Assembly (NCBI RefSeq): GCF_035084215.1
Contig: NW_027139217.1
Location: forward strand, 248,001-312,000
Reading direction: 5' to 3'
Length of the DNA: 64,000 bases
Source: Heptranchias perlo
Lineage: Eukaryota
The position numbers and the translations under genes were made by a program. The notes below the pieces were generated by a model. That model was given only the letters and a program-made list of their open reading frames with translations, had not been told where the DNA came from and ran no database searches. Shown here in pieces: positions 49,680 through 64,000 of this stretch. Position 1 is the first letter of the stretch. Each line of letters begins with the position of its first letter.

Positions 49680-52600
49680 TGATCGAGTTACACCCTGGAG
49701 ACATGAGCCCTGTCACACTGAGAGTACTGAACGAGTTACACCCTGGAGACATGAGCCCTGTCACTCTGAGTACTGATCGAGTTAAACCCTGGAGACATGA
49801 GCCCTGTCACTCTGAGAGTACTGATCGAGTTAAACCCTGGAGACATGAGCCCTGTCACTCTGAGAGTACTGATCGAGTTACACCCTGGAGACATGAGCCC
49901 TGTCACTCTGAGAGTACTGATCGAGTTAAACCCTGGAGACATGAGCCCTGTCACTCTGAGAGTACTGATCGAGTTACACCCTGGAGACATGAGCCCTGTC
50001 ACTCTGAGTACTGATCGAGTTACACTCTGGAGACATGAGCCCTGTCACTCTGAGAGTACTGATCGAATTAAACCCTCGAGACATGAGCCCTGTCACTCAG
50101 AGTACTGATCGAGTTAAACCCTGGAGACATGAGCCCTGTCACTCTGAGAGTACTGATCGAGTTACACTCTGGAGACATGAGCCCTGTCACTCTGAGAGTA
50201 CTGATCAAGTTAAACCCTGGAGACATGAGCCCTGTCACTCTGAGAGTACTGATCGAGTTAAACCCTGGAGACATGAGCTCTGTCACTCTCAGTACTGATC
50301 GTGTTAAACCCTGGAGACATGAGCCCTGTCACTCTGAGAGTACTGATCGAGTTAAACCCTGGAGTCATGAGCCCTGTCACTCTGAGAGTACTGATCGAGT
50401 TAAACCCTGGAGACATGAGCCCTGTCACTCTGAGAGTACTGATTGAGTTAAACCCTGGAGACATGAGCCCTGTCACTCTGAGTACTGATCGAGTTAAACC
50501 CTGGATACATGAGCCCTGTCACTCTGAGTACTGATCGAGTTAAACCGTGGAGACATGAGCCCTGTCACTCTGAGAGTACTGATCGAGTTACACTCTGGAG
50601 ACATGAGCCCTGTCACTCTGAGAGTACTGATCGAGTTAAACCCTGGAGACATGAGCCCTGTCACTCTGAGAGTACTGTTCGAGTTAAACCCTGGAGACAT
50701 GAGCCCTGTCACTCTGAGAGTACTGATCAAGTTAAACCCTGGAGACATGAGCCCTGTCACTCTGAGAGTACTGATCAAGTTAAACCCTGGAGACATGAGC
50801 CCTGTCACTCTGAGAGTACTGATCGAGTTAAACCCTGGAGACATGAGCTCTGTCACTCTGAGTACTGATCGAGTTAAACCCTGGAGACATGAGCCCTGTC
50901 ACTCTGAGAGTACTGATCGAGTTAAACCCTGGAGACATGAGCCCTGTCACTCAGAGAGTACTGATCGAGTTAAACCCTGGAGACATGAGCCCTGTCACTC
51001 TGAGAGTACTGATCGAGTTAAACCCTGGAGACATGAGCCCTGTCACTCTGAGAGTACTGATCGAGTTAAACCCTGGAGACATGAGCCCTGTCACTCTGAG
51101 AGTACTGATCAAGTTAAACCCTGGAGACATGAGCCCTGTCACTCTGAGAGTACTGATCGAGTTAAACCCTGGAGACATGAGCTCTGTCACTCTGAGTACT
51201 GATCGAGTTAAACCCTGGAGACATGAGCCCTGTCACTCTGAGAGTACTGATCGAGTTAAACCCTGGAGACATGAGCCCTGTCACTCTGAGAGTACTGATC
51301 GAGTTAAACCCTGGAGACATGAGCCCTGTCACTCTGAGAGTACTGATCGAGTTAAACCCTGGAGACATGAGCCCTGTCACTCTGAGAGTACTGATCGAGT
51401 TAAACCCTGGAGACATGAGCCCTGTCACTCTGAGAGTATTGATCGAGTTACACCCTGGAGACATGAGCTCTGTCACTCTGAGTACTGATCGAGTTAAACC
51501 GTGGAGACATGAGCCCTGTCACTCTGAGAGTACTGATCGATTTAAACCCTGGAGACATGAGCCCTGTCACTCTGAGTACTGATCGAGTTAAACCGTGGAG
51601 ACATGAGCCCTGTCACTCTGAGAGTACTGATCGAGTTAAACCCTGGAGACATGAGCCCTGTCACTCTGAGTACTGATCGAGTTAAACCCTGGAGACATGA
51701 GCCCTGTCACTCTGAGAGTACTGATCGAGTTAAACCCTGGAGACATGAGCCCTGTCACTCTGAGAGTACTGATTGAGTTAAACCCTGGAGACATGAGCCC
51801 TGTCACTCTGAGTACTGATCGAGTTAAACCCTGGATACATGAGCCCTGTCACTCTGAGTACTGATCGAGTTAAACCGTGGAGACATGAGCCCTGTCACTC
51901 TGAGAGTACTGATCGAGTTACACTCTGGAGACATGAGCCCTGTCACTCTGAGAGTACTGATCGAGTTAAACCCTGGAGACATGAGCCCTGTCACTCTGAG
52001 AGTACTGTTCGAGTTAAACCCTGGAGACATGAGCCCTGTCACTCTGAGAGTACTGATCAAGTTAAACCCTGGAGACATGAGCCCTGTCACTCTGAGAGTA
52101 CTGATCAAGTTAAACCCTGGAGACATGAGCCCTGTCACTCTGAGAGTACTGATCGAGTTAAACCCTGGAGACATGAGCTCTGTCACTCTGAGTACTGATC
52201 GAGTTAAACCCTGGAGACATGAGCCCTGTCACTCTGAGAGTACTGATCGAGTTAAACCCTGGAGACATGAGCCCTGTCACTCAGAGAGTACTGATCGAGT
52301 TAAACCCTGGAGACATGAGCCCTGTCACTCTGAGAGTACTGATCGAGTTAAACCCTGGAGACATGAGCCCTGTCACTCTGAGAGTACTGATCGAGTTAAA
52401 CCCTGGAGACATGAGCCCTGTCACTCTGAGAGTACTGATCAAGTTAAACCCTGGAGACATGAGCCCTGTCACTCTGAGAGTACTGATCGAGTTAAACCCT
52501 GGAGACATGAGCTCTGTCACTCTGAGTACTGATCGAGTTAAACCCTGGAGACATGAGCCCTGTCACTCTGAGAGTACTGATCGAGTTAAACCCTGGAGAC

Positions 52601-53731
52601 ATGAGCCCTGTCACTCTGAGAGTACTGATCGAGTTAAACCCTGGAGACATGAGCCCTGTCACTCTGAGAGTATTGATCGAGTTACACCCTGGAGACATGA
52701 GCTCTGTCACTCTGAGTACTGATCGAGTTAAACCGTGGAGACATGAGCCCTGTCACTCTGAGAGTACTGATCGAGTTAAACCCTGGAGACATGAGCCCTG
52801 TCACTCTGAGTACTGATCGAGTTAAACCCTGGAGACATGAGCCCTGTCACTCTGAGAGTACTGATCGAGTTAAACCCTGGAGACATGAGCCCTGTCACTC
52901 TGAGAGTACTGATCGAGTTAAACCCTGGAGACATGAGCCCTGTCACTCTGAGAGTACTGATCGAGTTACACCCTGGAGACATGAGCCCTGTCACTCGGAG
53001 TACTGATCGAGTTACACCCTGGAGACATGAGCCCTGTCACTCTGAGTACTGATTGAGTTAAACCCTGGAGACATGAGCCCTGTCACTCTGAGAGTACTGA
53101 TCGAGTTAAACCCTGGAGACATGAGCCCTCTCACTCTGAGAGTACTGATCGAGTTAAACCCTGGAGACATGAGCCCTGTCACTCTGAGCACTGATCGAGT
53201 TAAACCCTGGAGACATGAGCCCTGTCACTCTGAGAGTACTGATCGAGTTAAACCCTGGAGACATGAGCCCTGTCACTCTGAGTACTGATCGAGTTAAACC
53301 CTGGAGACATGAGCCCTGTCACTCTGAGAGTACTGATTGAGTTCAACCCTGGAGACATGAGCCCTGTCACTCTGAGAGTACTGATCGAGTTAAACCCTGG
53401 AGACATGAGCCCTGTCATTCTGAGTACTGATCGAGTTAAACCCTGGAGACATGAGCCCTGTCACTCTGAGAGTACTGATCGAGTTAAACCCTGGATACAT
53501 GAGCCTTGTCACTCTGAGTACTGATCGAGTTAAACCCTGGAGACATGAGCCCTGTCACTCTGAGAGTACTGATCGAGTTAAACCCTGGAGACATGAGACC
53601 TGTCACCCTGAGTACTGATTGAGTTAAACCCTGGAGACATGAGCCCTGTCACTCTGAGAGTACTGATCGAGTTAAACCCTGGAGACATGAGTTCTGTCAC
53701 TCTGAGTACTGATCGAGTTAAACCCTGGAGA
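49680..53731. repeat. 48/46-bp minisatellite copy B, ~85 units
   Basis: Same unit, different variant order. Confidence 0.97.
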
Positions 53732-53959
53732 CCCTGTAAACTGTAATGACCACACTTGGTGCAGCCGAGATCAGCACAGAGACTGAACTTGGAGTGTTGC
53801 TCGTCTGTTCAGCTCAGTCACACCCTGCATTGTGCACTTACCAACTGAAGGACTGTGTGAGCTCGCAGACCAGGTACCCAGCAGACCTTTGGAGAAATTG
53901 CTCAGCTGCCCTGTCACTCTGAGTCATTCTGGTTTTTGGTCAGCCGGGTGTCTGACCGA

Positions 53960-56900
53960 ATTTATTTAATGATGTAGCTTCCACAGCCTCCTGGGGCAGC
54001 AAATTCCACAGACCTACTACCCTCTGAGTGAAGAAGTTTCTCCTTATCTCAGTTTTGAAAGAACAACCCCTTATTCTAAGATTATGCCCCTAGTTCTAGT
54101 TTCACCCATCCTTGGGAACATCCTTACCACATCCACCCGATCAAGCCCCTTCACAATCTTATATGTTTCAATAAGATCGCCTCTCAATCTTCTGAACTCC
54201 AATAAGTGGAGTCCCAATCTACTCAACCTCTCCTCATATGTCCGCCCCCTCATCCCAGGGATTAACCGAGTGAACCTTCTTTGTACTGCCTCGAGAGCAA
54301 GTATGTCTTTTCTTAAGTATGGAGACCAAAACTGTATGCAGTATTCCAGGTGCGGTCTCACCAATACCTTATATAACTGCAGCAATACCTCCCTGTTTCT
54401 TTATTCTATCCCCCTAGCAATAAAAGCCAACATTCCGTTGGCCTTCTTGATCACCTGCTGCACCTGCATACTAACTTTTTGATTTTCTTGCACTAAGACC
54501 CCCAGATCCCTTTGTACTGCAGTACTTTCCAGTTTCTCGCCATTAAGATAATAACTTGCTCTCTGATTTTTACTGCCAAAGTGCATAACCTCACATTTTC
54601 CAATATTGTATTGCATCTGCCAAATCTCTGCCCACTCACCCAGCCTGTCTATATCCCCCTGTAGGTTTTTTATGTCCTCCTCACTCTCCACTTTCCCTCC
54701 CATCTTTGTATCATCTGCAAACTTTGATATGTTACACTCGGTCACCTCCTCCAAATCGTTAATATAGATTGTAAAGAGTTGGGGACCCAGCACCGACCCC
54801 TGCGGAACACCACTGGCTACTGGTTACCAGTCCGAGGATGAACCATTTATCCCAACTCTCTGCTTCCTGTTAGATAACCAATCCTCCACCCATGCCAGAA
54901 TATTACCCCCAATCCAGTGATTCTTTATCTTGAGCAATAATCTTTTATGTGGCACCTTGTCGAATGCCTTCTGGAAGTCTAAATACACTACGTCCACTGG
55001 TTCCCCTTTATCCACCCTGTACGTTATGTCCTCAAAAAACTCAAGCAAATTTGTCAGACATGGCTTCCTCTTCGTAAAGCCATGTTGACTTTGTCCAATT
55101 AAATTATGTTTATCCAAATGTTCCACTACTGTCTCCTTAATAATAGATTCCAAAATTTTACCCACCACAGATGTTCGGCTAACTGGTCTGTAATTTCCAG
55201 CCTTCTGCCCACTACCATTTTAAATAAGGGTGTTACATTAGCAGTTTTCCAATCTGCCGGGACCTTTGCCGAGTCCAGAGAATTTTGGAAAATTATTACC
55301 AAAGCATTCACAATCCCTACTGCCACTTTCCTCAAGACCCTCGGATGTAAGCCATCAGGTCCAGGGAATTTATCCGCCTTGAGTCCCATTATTTTACTGA
55401 GTACCAATTCCTTAGTGATTTTAATCGTATTTAGCTCCTCCCCCCCTAGTGCCCCCTGTTTGTCCAATGTTGGGATATTCTTAGTGTCCTCTACCGTAAA
55501 GACTGAAACAAAATATTTGTTCAGCATTTTTGCCATCTCCATGTTTCCCACCATTAATTTCCCGGTCTCATCCTCTAAGGGACCTATGTTTGCCTTAGCC
55601 ACCCTTTTTCTTTTTATATAACTATAGAAACTCTTGCTATCTGTTTTTATATTTTTTGCTAATTTATTTTCATAATCTATCTTCCCTTTCTTAATCAATC
55701 CTTTAGTTACTTTTTGCTGTCTTTTGAAGACTTCCCAATCTTCTATCCTCCCACTAAGTTTGGCTACCTTATATGTCCTTGTTTTTAGTCGGATACTATC
55801 CTTAATTTCTTTACTTAGCCACGGATGGCTGTCATTTCTTTTACACCCTTTTTCCTCAGTGGAATATATTCTTTTTGAAAGTTGTAAAATAACTCCTGAA
55901 ATGAACACCACTGCTCATGTACCGTCTTACCCTTTAATCTATTTTCCCAGTCCACTTTAATCAATTCCGCTCTCATACCATCACAGTCTCCTTTATTCAA
56001 GCTCAGTACGCTTGTTTGAGAACCAACCTTCTCACCATCTAATTGGATATGGAATGTAACCATGTTATGGTCACTCATTCCAAGGGGATCCTTAACTAGG
56101 ACATTATTAATTAATCCTGGCTCATTACACAGGACCAGGTCCAAGGTTGCTTGCCCCCTTGTAGGATCAGTTACATACTGCTCAAGAAATCCATCCCTAA
56201 TACACTCTTCCTCAAGGCTGCCCTGCCCAATTTGATTTGTCCAGTTAATATGATAGTTAAAATCCCCCATAATTATAGCTGTTCCCTTATTACATGCCCT
56301 GACTATTTCCTGATTAATACTTCTTCCAGCAGAGTTGCAACTATTAGGAGGCCTATATACTACGCCCACTAGTGTTTTTTCCCCCTTATTATTCCTTATC
56401 TCCACCCAAACTGTTTCATTATCCTGATCCTTTGTCCCAATATCATTTCTCTGTGTTACAGTGATTCCTTCCTTTATTAACAGACCCACCCCACCTCCCC
56501 TTCCTTCCTGCCTGTCCTTCCTGATTGTTAAATACCCTGGCATATTTAATTCCCAGTCATTGTCACCCTGCAGCCATGTTTCTGTAATGGCCACAAGATC
56601 ATACCCATACGTAGCTATTTGTGCCGTTAACTCGTCCATTTTGTTACGAATGCTACGTGCATTCAGATAAAGAACTTTCAAATATGTTTTGTGACACTTA
56701 GTTCCTGCTTTTTCCTTTTTTAACACTTTACCTTTTACTCCATACCTTCTGTCCCTTCCTGACACGCTTTCCTCTGTCTCCCTGCTCAGGTTCCCAACCC
56801 CCTGCCACAGCTTTGATGCTGGGTTAATCGCCTTACGCCTTCTAGTTTTTATTTTATCTGTCGTGCCTAATGTACACTTTCTTTCCGCTGCTCTACGCTT

Positions 56901-58555
56901 TTCCCTCTCACTTGTACTTGAACAACTGTTTGTACTATCTGTATTGTAGATTTCCCCTGGGTCTTCCCCTCTCTTGCTGCTCTCAACTTTATTCCCTTCT
57001 GACTCCCCACTCAGGTTCCCATCCCCCTGCCATTCTAGTTTAAACCTTCCTCAACAGCACTAGCAAACACCCCCGCGAGGACATTGGTCCCGGTCCTGCT
57101 CGGGTGTAACCCGTCACGCTTGTACAGGTCCCACCTTCCCCAGAACCGGTCCCAATGTCCCAGGAATCTAAATCCCTCCCTCCTACACCATCCCTGCAGC
57201 CACGCATTCATCCAGTCTATTCTCCTGTTCCTATACTCACTAGCACGTGGCACTGGTAGTAATCCTGAGATCACTACCTTTGAAGTCCTGCTTTTTAATT
57301 TATCTCCTAACTCCTTAAATTCACCTTGCAGGACCTCATCCCTTTTTTTACCTATGTCGTTGGTACCAATATGGACCACGACTACTGGCTGTTCACCCTC
57401 CCCCTCCAGAATGCCCTGCAGCCGCTCTGTGACATCCTTGACCCTAGCACCAGGGAGGCACATACCATCCTGGAGTCACGTTTGCGGCCGCAGAAACACC
57501 TATCTGTTCCCCTTACAATCGAATCCCCTATCACTATAGCCCTGCCACTCTTCTTCCTCCCCTCCTGTGGAGCAGAGCCACCCGTGGTGCCCCGAACCTG
57601 GCTCTTGCTGCATTCCCCTGATAAGCCATCTCCCCCAACAGTATCTAAAGCAGAATATCTGTTTGAGAGGGAGATGGCCCCAGGGGACTCCTGCTCTACC
57701 TGCCTCGTCCTTTTACTCTGCCTGGCGGTCACCCATTTCCTTTCTGCCTGTGTAATCTTTACCTGCGGTGTGACCACCTCACTGAACGTGCTATCCATGA
57801 TAGTCTCAGCATCGCGGATGCTCCACAGTGAATCCACCCGCAGCTCCAGCTCCGAAATGCGGTTAGCCAGTAGTTGCAGCTGGACACACTTCCTGCACAC
57901 ATGGTCGCCAGGGACACTGGTAGTGTCCATGACTTCCCACATAGTGCAGGAGGAGCATATCACGGGTGCGAGCTGTGCTGCCATGACTTGCCTTAGACTC
58001 TCAGACTCTCCTCCCGCTCTCGGTCTCTCCTTTTATACTGTGCTCACCTCTCGGACTCTCCTGCTTCACTGGTGACGTCGCACAGTCGTTGTCTCTTTTT
58101 GCAGGTCTGCTGCTGCTTTTATTCCCCAATCTCAGTCTTCTACTCTCAGGCCCACTGCCGCTCTGGGGAAAAAGTTAGGAAAAGCAAGGCAGAGCAGCAC
58201 CTCCTTCCCCCAACTCCCTCACGTACCAAACTCTCCGTTCACACTGTGTATCCGCACACCGTGCTGTTCGCACTGACAGGCCCCTGTATTTCTACAGTTT
58301 GTGACTCAGATGAGTCAGGCCTGCCCCACCCTCAGGTACCAGTTTAATCTAGCCAACCAATTAACTTGCTACAGCAGCTCTCTCTGCTGAAGCCTGACAG
58401 AAACTTAAAAATTTAAACTTTAAAATTGAACTTAAACAGTTAATAGCAATTGAACTTAAAGAGTTGAAAGCAATATGCACTAGATTTTAAAGAGATTAAC
58501 CCTTAAACTCCCACACGTACCAAACTCTCCATTCACACTGTGTTGTCCGCACATT
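53960..58555 (-). mobile_element. Duplicate of the CR1 LINE
   Basis: Same ORF fragments and frameshifts; endonuclease region open (55815-56765). Confidence 0.95.
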
Positions 58556-61009
58556 CATTAATTGATAATAGATTCATCAATTGATATCAGATTCATCAAT
58601 TGATATCAGTTTCATTAATTGAGATCAGTTTCATTAATTGATCAGTTTCATTAATTGAGATCAGATTCATTAATTGATCAGTTTCATTAATTGAGATCAG
58701 TTTCATTAATTGAGATCAGATTCATTAATTGATACCAGATTCATTAATTGATCAGTTTCATTAATTGATACCAGATTCATTAATTGATCAGTTTCATTAA
58801 TTGATATCAGATTCATCAATTGATATCAGTTTCATTAATTGAGATCAGTTTCATTAATTGATCAGTTTCATTAATTGAGATCAGATTCATTAATTGAGAT
58901 CAGTTTCATTAATTGATATCAGTTTCATTAATTGATATCAGTTTCATTAATTGAGATCAGATTCATTAATTGAGATCAGTTTCATTAATTGAGATCAGAT
59001 TCATTAATTGATATCAGTTTCATTTATTGATATCAGTTTCATTAATTGAGATCAGTTTCATTAATTGATCAGATTCATTAATTGATATCAGATTCATTAA
59101 TTGAGATCAGTTTCATTAATTGATCAGTTTCATTAATTGAGATCAGATTCATTAATTGATCAGTTTCATTAATTGAGATCAGATTCATTAATTGAGATCA
59201 GTTTCATTAATTGATACCAGATTCATTAATTGAGATCAGTTTCATTAATTGATACCAGATTCATTAATTGATCAGTTTCATTAATTGAGATCAGATTCAT
59301 TAATTGATATCAGTTTCATTAATTGATACCAGATTCATTAATTGATCAGTTTCATTAATTGAGATCAGATTCATTAATTGATATCAGTTTCATTAATTGA
59401 TACCAGATTCATTAATTGATCAGTTTCATTAATTGATACCAGATTCATTAATTGATCAGTTTCATTAATTGATCTCAGATTCATTAATTGATACCAGATT
59501 CATTAATTGATCAGATTCATTAATTGACCAGATTCATTAATTGATCAGATTCATTAATTGATACCAGTTTCATTAATTGATACCAGATTCATTAATTGAT
59601 ATCAGTTTCATTAATTGATATCAGATTCATTAATTGATACCAGATTCATTAAGGGGACAGGACTCCTTTTCCCAGCCTCTCTCCTGAAGTTTTTTCCCAG
59701 TCGAGAGGGGCAGGTGACCAAAGTAACGGGATTCGGTGAATCGTCTGTCCCGCTCCTTGGTGACCTGGTGTTAGAATTGGGCGCACTCACCGCCCGGTCC
59801 GATTCTCACTCAGGGAATTAACTTTACAAAACTGTCGTCAACCTATTTAATGAATGACATGAAACTAATTAAAGTCTATGAAAAGATGAACCATTTTTGG
59901 AATCCCCATGAATCAACCTGTAACTTTGTGTTGCGGACTGAAGGAAACGCTGACCTGGTTACCGAGTGAGGGGAAAATGTAAGAATGTTTGTGTTTTGTT
60001 TGTGAGACACTTTCCCGACTGTATTTAGGAGTCGGGTTAAAAATGCTGAGTCTTTCTGACCCCAGGGATGTGTTAAATGAAGAGGAACAGCCGATTGCCG
60101 CCCGCTTTCCAGAGGAGAAGGAACTCTCCCCGGAGCAAGTTGCAACATAATGAAAGATTTGCACCCGAATCAAATCAAGGAGCTTTGAGGAGTGAGGCCA
60201 GAGTGAGAATCGTTCGAGTCCGGAAAGCTCAGCATCTTCAGTGTTTGTAGAAATGGTCAGTGTTTCTCAGCCCAGGAATCTGGGGCAACCTTTGTTCAAT
60301 TGAACAGGAGCGGGGCTTTGGATCAAACAAGAGTTTAGCAGCAAACAGTGTTCTTACTGGGAGTGGTGGGACTGAGAAATCCTTAAACAGCGGCAACCCT
60401 GGAAAGCAGAGCTCCAAATCTCGGCTTCAATAAAGTGCTGAACTGAGAGAGCGGAGGGCAGATGGGCATTGGATTCAATCCCAACTCACTGGATCGAAAC
60501 AAGGCAGTGAGTGTGGGCGGAGTGGGATTCCGGGACCTGTGTCTGAGCTGCACCTCGATCCGTCCCGTTCAGTAAAGAGAGAGCGGCAGACGGCTCCCAG
60601 ACACGGCCCAGACCGGGAGCGGGAGCGGGAGCGGGAGCGGCTGCATTGGAGAGCGGGGATCCTGCGCTGGGGTTGCGGCTGGCTGGCTGTCTGAGTCTGG
60701 CTGTCTGTCTGTCTCTGTCTCTGTCTGGTCTCTCTGTCTGTCTGTCTGAGTCTGGCTGTCTGAGTCTGTGTCTGTCTCTGTCTGTCTGTGTCTGTCTGGT
60801 CTCTCTGTCTGTCTGTCTGAGTCTGTGTCTGTCTGGTCTCTGTCTGTCTGTGTCTGTGTCTGTCTGGTCTCTCTGTCTGTCTGTCTGAGTCTGAGTCTGT
60901 GTCTGTCTGGTCTCTCTGTCTGTCTGTCTGAGTCTGAGTCTGTCTGTGTCTGTCTGGTCTCTCTGTCTGTCTGTCTGCTGCAGCTTCCCCCCGTCCCCGC
61001 CTCCACCCC

Positions 61010-64000
61010 CCCCCGGGGAGACCCGGCCAATGCCCAAGTGATGATCGCCCTGGTGGAGCGACAACTCGCTGACGAGCTTTGGTCAGATCTCCGACGTTCC
61101 CCAGGCTGTGTAACCCTGGGCGACCCCCGAGTCCGAAGAACGGGATCGAATTTCCAGCCGATAATAAAATCAACCAGGGAGCGGAGGGAGGATAAAGCAA
61201 GAGGCCGGAGGGAGGAGGAGCCCAGAGCTTTAGGAGGGGACCAGACCCTATTCCCTCTGCTTCTCCACCCCCAGTGATGGAGCCAGGACCTGGGACAGAG
61301 GGAAGATCCTCCGGGCTGCCTCCCAGGAGAGCACGGGCTCAATTTCGAGGGACTCAATGTGGATCTTTCAGACTTCCAACAGGAGCAGATAAATGATGCA
61401 GTCCTCCAAATCATAAAACAAGAGGGAGTAGTGAGAAGTGGGCACCCCACTGAGGGTAAAACAAAAGGTGCGGGGCCTTATTATCCGGTAAAGAATGACC
61501 TTCTATACAGGGAGAGTGCGGGGCAGCAGCAGCAAGTTGACCAGTTGCTGGTGCCACGGACACAGAGGCAGATAGTCCTTGACTTGGCCACAAGCAACTA
61601 TTCAGAGCTCACCTGGGGACAGAGCAAACTCGGGAGGGGCTGTTGAGGTGGGTCTTGTGGCCAGGGGTGGATGAAGTGATCCGTGGGTTCTGTCCCTCCT
61701 GTCCACAGTGTCAGCTGTGTGGGCCCAGGCCTCACTATCACGCTCCATTAATCCCTCTCCCCGGAATTGAGGGGCCTTTCGAAAGGATCGGGATGGACCA
61801 GTGGGCCCGCTGGAGGGGTCAGCGCGAGGTCACCAATATATGTTGGGAGTTGTTGCCTGTTCCAGGCCCGATCCTGAGGCGATTCCACCGAGGATCACGG
61901 CCCCTAAAACCATAGCGGGCGGGTCAGTGAGAGCGTTCCCCGGGGTAGGGATCCCAAAGGACCAGGGACTCCCTCTGTGTCCACACTGATGAAGGGCCTC
62001 TGTCCCCTCCTCCATATTAAAAGTCTGAGGCCCTCCGTGGATCAACCCTCAAACCGAGGGCCGTGTGGAGAGGGTCAGTGGGACCCGCGAGTATGTTCAA
62101 AAAGGCCCGGCATAAAGATGGGTCAAATCGGGATCCTTCACTGCCCCGTCTCAGGCCTGCAGTCGGGGAGGGGCCTCGGTCAGGGAGGGAGGGGCCTCGG
62201 TCAGGGAGGGAGGGGCCTCGGTCGGGGAGGGAGGGGCCTCGGTCAGGGAGGGAGGGGCCTCGGTCAGGGTGGGAGGGGCCTCGGTCAGGGAGGGAGGGGC
62301 CTCGGTCAGGGAGGGAGGGGCCTCGGTCAGGGAGGGAGGGGCCTCGGTCAGGGAGGGAGGGGCCTCGGTCGGGGAGGGGCCTCGGGGGAGGGAGGGGCCT
62401 CGGTCGGGGAGGGAGGGGCCTCGGTCGGGGAGGGAGGGGCCTCGGTCGGGGAGGGCGGGGCCTCGGTCGGGGAGGGAGGGGCCTCGGTCGGGGAGGGAGG
62501 GGCCTCGGTCGGGGAGGGGCCTCGGGGGAGGGAGGGGCCTCGGTCGGGGAGGGAGGGGCCTCGGTCGGGGAGGGAGGGGCCTCGGTCGGGGAGGGCGGGG
62601 CCTCGGTCGGGGAGGGAGGGGCCTCGGTCGGGGAGGGAGGGGCTTCGGTCAGGGAGGGAGGGGCCTCGGTCGGTCGGGGAGGGCGGAGCCTCGGTCGGGG
62701 AGGGAGGGGCCTCGGTCAGGGAGGGAGGGGCCTCGGTCGGTCGGGGAGGGAGGGGCCTCGGTCAGGGAGGGAGGGGCCTCGGTCGGGGAGGGAGGGGCCT
62801 CGGTCGGTCGGGGAGGGAGGGGACTCGGTCGGGGAGGGAGGGGCCTCGGTCGGGGAGGGAGGGGCCTCGGGCGGGGAGGGAGGGGCCTCGGTCGGTCGGG
62901 GAGGGAGGGGCCTCGGGCGGGGAGGGAGGGGCCTCGGTCGGGGAGGGAGGGGCCTCGGGCGGGGAGGGAGGGGCCTCGGGCGGGGAGGGAGGGGCCTCGG
63001 TCAGGGAGGGAGGGGCCTCGGTCGGGGAGGGAGGGGCCTCGGTCGGGGAGGGAGGGGCCTCGGTCGGGGAGGGAGGGGCCTCGGTCGGTCGGGGAGGGAG
63101 GGGCCTCGGGCGGGGAGGGAGGGGCCTCGGTCCTCCAATAATATTATTGAGCACAGAGTGAAGATGGGGCGCGGATTGAGGCGGTTCCCCCCATAGTGAG
63201 GGCTCATTTAGAGAGGGTGCAGGAAGAGCAGAGAGCCCAGTGTAAGAGAGGCTGCAGTCAGGAGGTTCCGACCAGGAGACCGAGTTACGGTCCTCGTTCC
63301 CACACCTGAAACAAGCTCTTTGCAGGGTGGCAGGGACTTTAGGAGGTTCTAGAGGCTGTGGGCCCAGTGAACTATAAGGTCAGGCAACCTCAGAGAAGGA
63401 AGCCTGACCAGAAAGACCATGTGCCCCTCCTGAAGCCATGGAGAGAGAGAGGCCCTCGCAGTGATGGAGAAAGCACTAGGGGGGCCCTGGCTCCAAGGTA
63501 CAAAGCCCAGTTCACCTCTCTAGTGAGCTGCCTGAGGATCAGTGCAGGCAGGCTCAGCACCTGGGAGATGGAACCTGCAATGTATTCACATCTGGGCCTG
63601 GGAGGACGGGGGCCATCTGCTCTCACCTGGTGACACCACCAGGAGTGACAATAAAGGTCAGACCGGACCGAATCCCAGAAGCCAAACGGAGGGAGGTTCG
63701 CCAGGAGATTCCGAGGGTGTTGATCTTCGGGGTGATTGAAGAATCACGGTGAACGGAGCAGCCCCATTGTGTTGGTTCTGAATCCCGATGGGAATTGGCG
63801 ATTCTGAAATGACTTTCGGAAACTGAATGAGGATTGAAATCCGATGCTTTCCCGATGCCCCGGGGGGATGAGTTGATTGATAGATTGGCGAAGGCCCCTT
63901 TGATCTTACCCCCTTCGATCTGACCAAGGGGTGCTGGCAGATCCCTTTAACAGAGGCTGCAAAAGGAAACCCGTGTTTCGGGGTTCCCGAGGGGCTCTCC
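61010..64000 (+). mobile_element. Duplicate Gmr1-like element, cut by the window end
   Basis: Near-identical to 15525-18957. Confidence 0.88.

Larger units (their letters stand above)
44540..64000 (+). repeat. Segmental duplication copy B (direct repeat of 1-18957)
   Basis: Same order of elements: ERV end, 29-mer, DIRS-like, 48-mer, CR1, AT-rich array, Gmr1-like element. Confidence 0.98.

Overview
Vertebrate genomic DNA, most likely a shark or other cartilaginous fish (inferred from the class I protein and the CR1/Penelope repeat types). The window holds about 1.4 units of a recent ~44.5-45 kb head-to-tail segmental duplication (1-18957 recurs at 44540-64000). The one complete unit carries a + strand MHC class I heavy-chain gene: an ISRE and X-Y promoter module (~20947-21038), leader (22602-22650), alpha1 (27718-27978), alpha2 (35038-35310), alpha3 (36068-36343), TM (37121-37246/37257) and a possible tail exon (46085-46119). 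This copy has an in-frame TGA at the invariant W147 and a Y59N change, so it is probably a pseudogene or non-classical gene. Intron 2 holds a remnant of a second, diverged alpha1 exon, which suggests a hybrid gene. The rest is decayed mobile DNA: a near-full-length CR1 LINE, a Gmr1-type LTR element with integrase before RT, a retrovirus-like element with two LTRs and dual RNase H, DIRS-like and Harbinger-like fragments, and a Penelope terminus with a minimal hammerhead ribozyme fold. More than 15 different minisatellites are present, many made from splice-site or transposon sequence. Most long ORFs in the track are repeat artefacts. I found no evidence for a wholly new gene system; the most notable signals concern the class I locus architecture.
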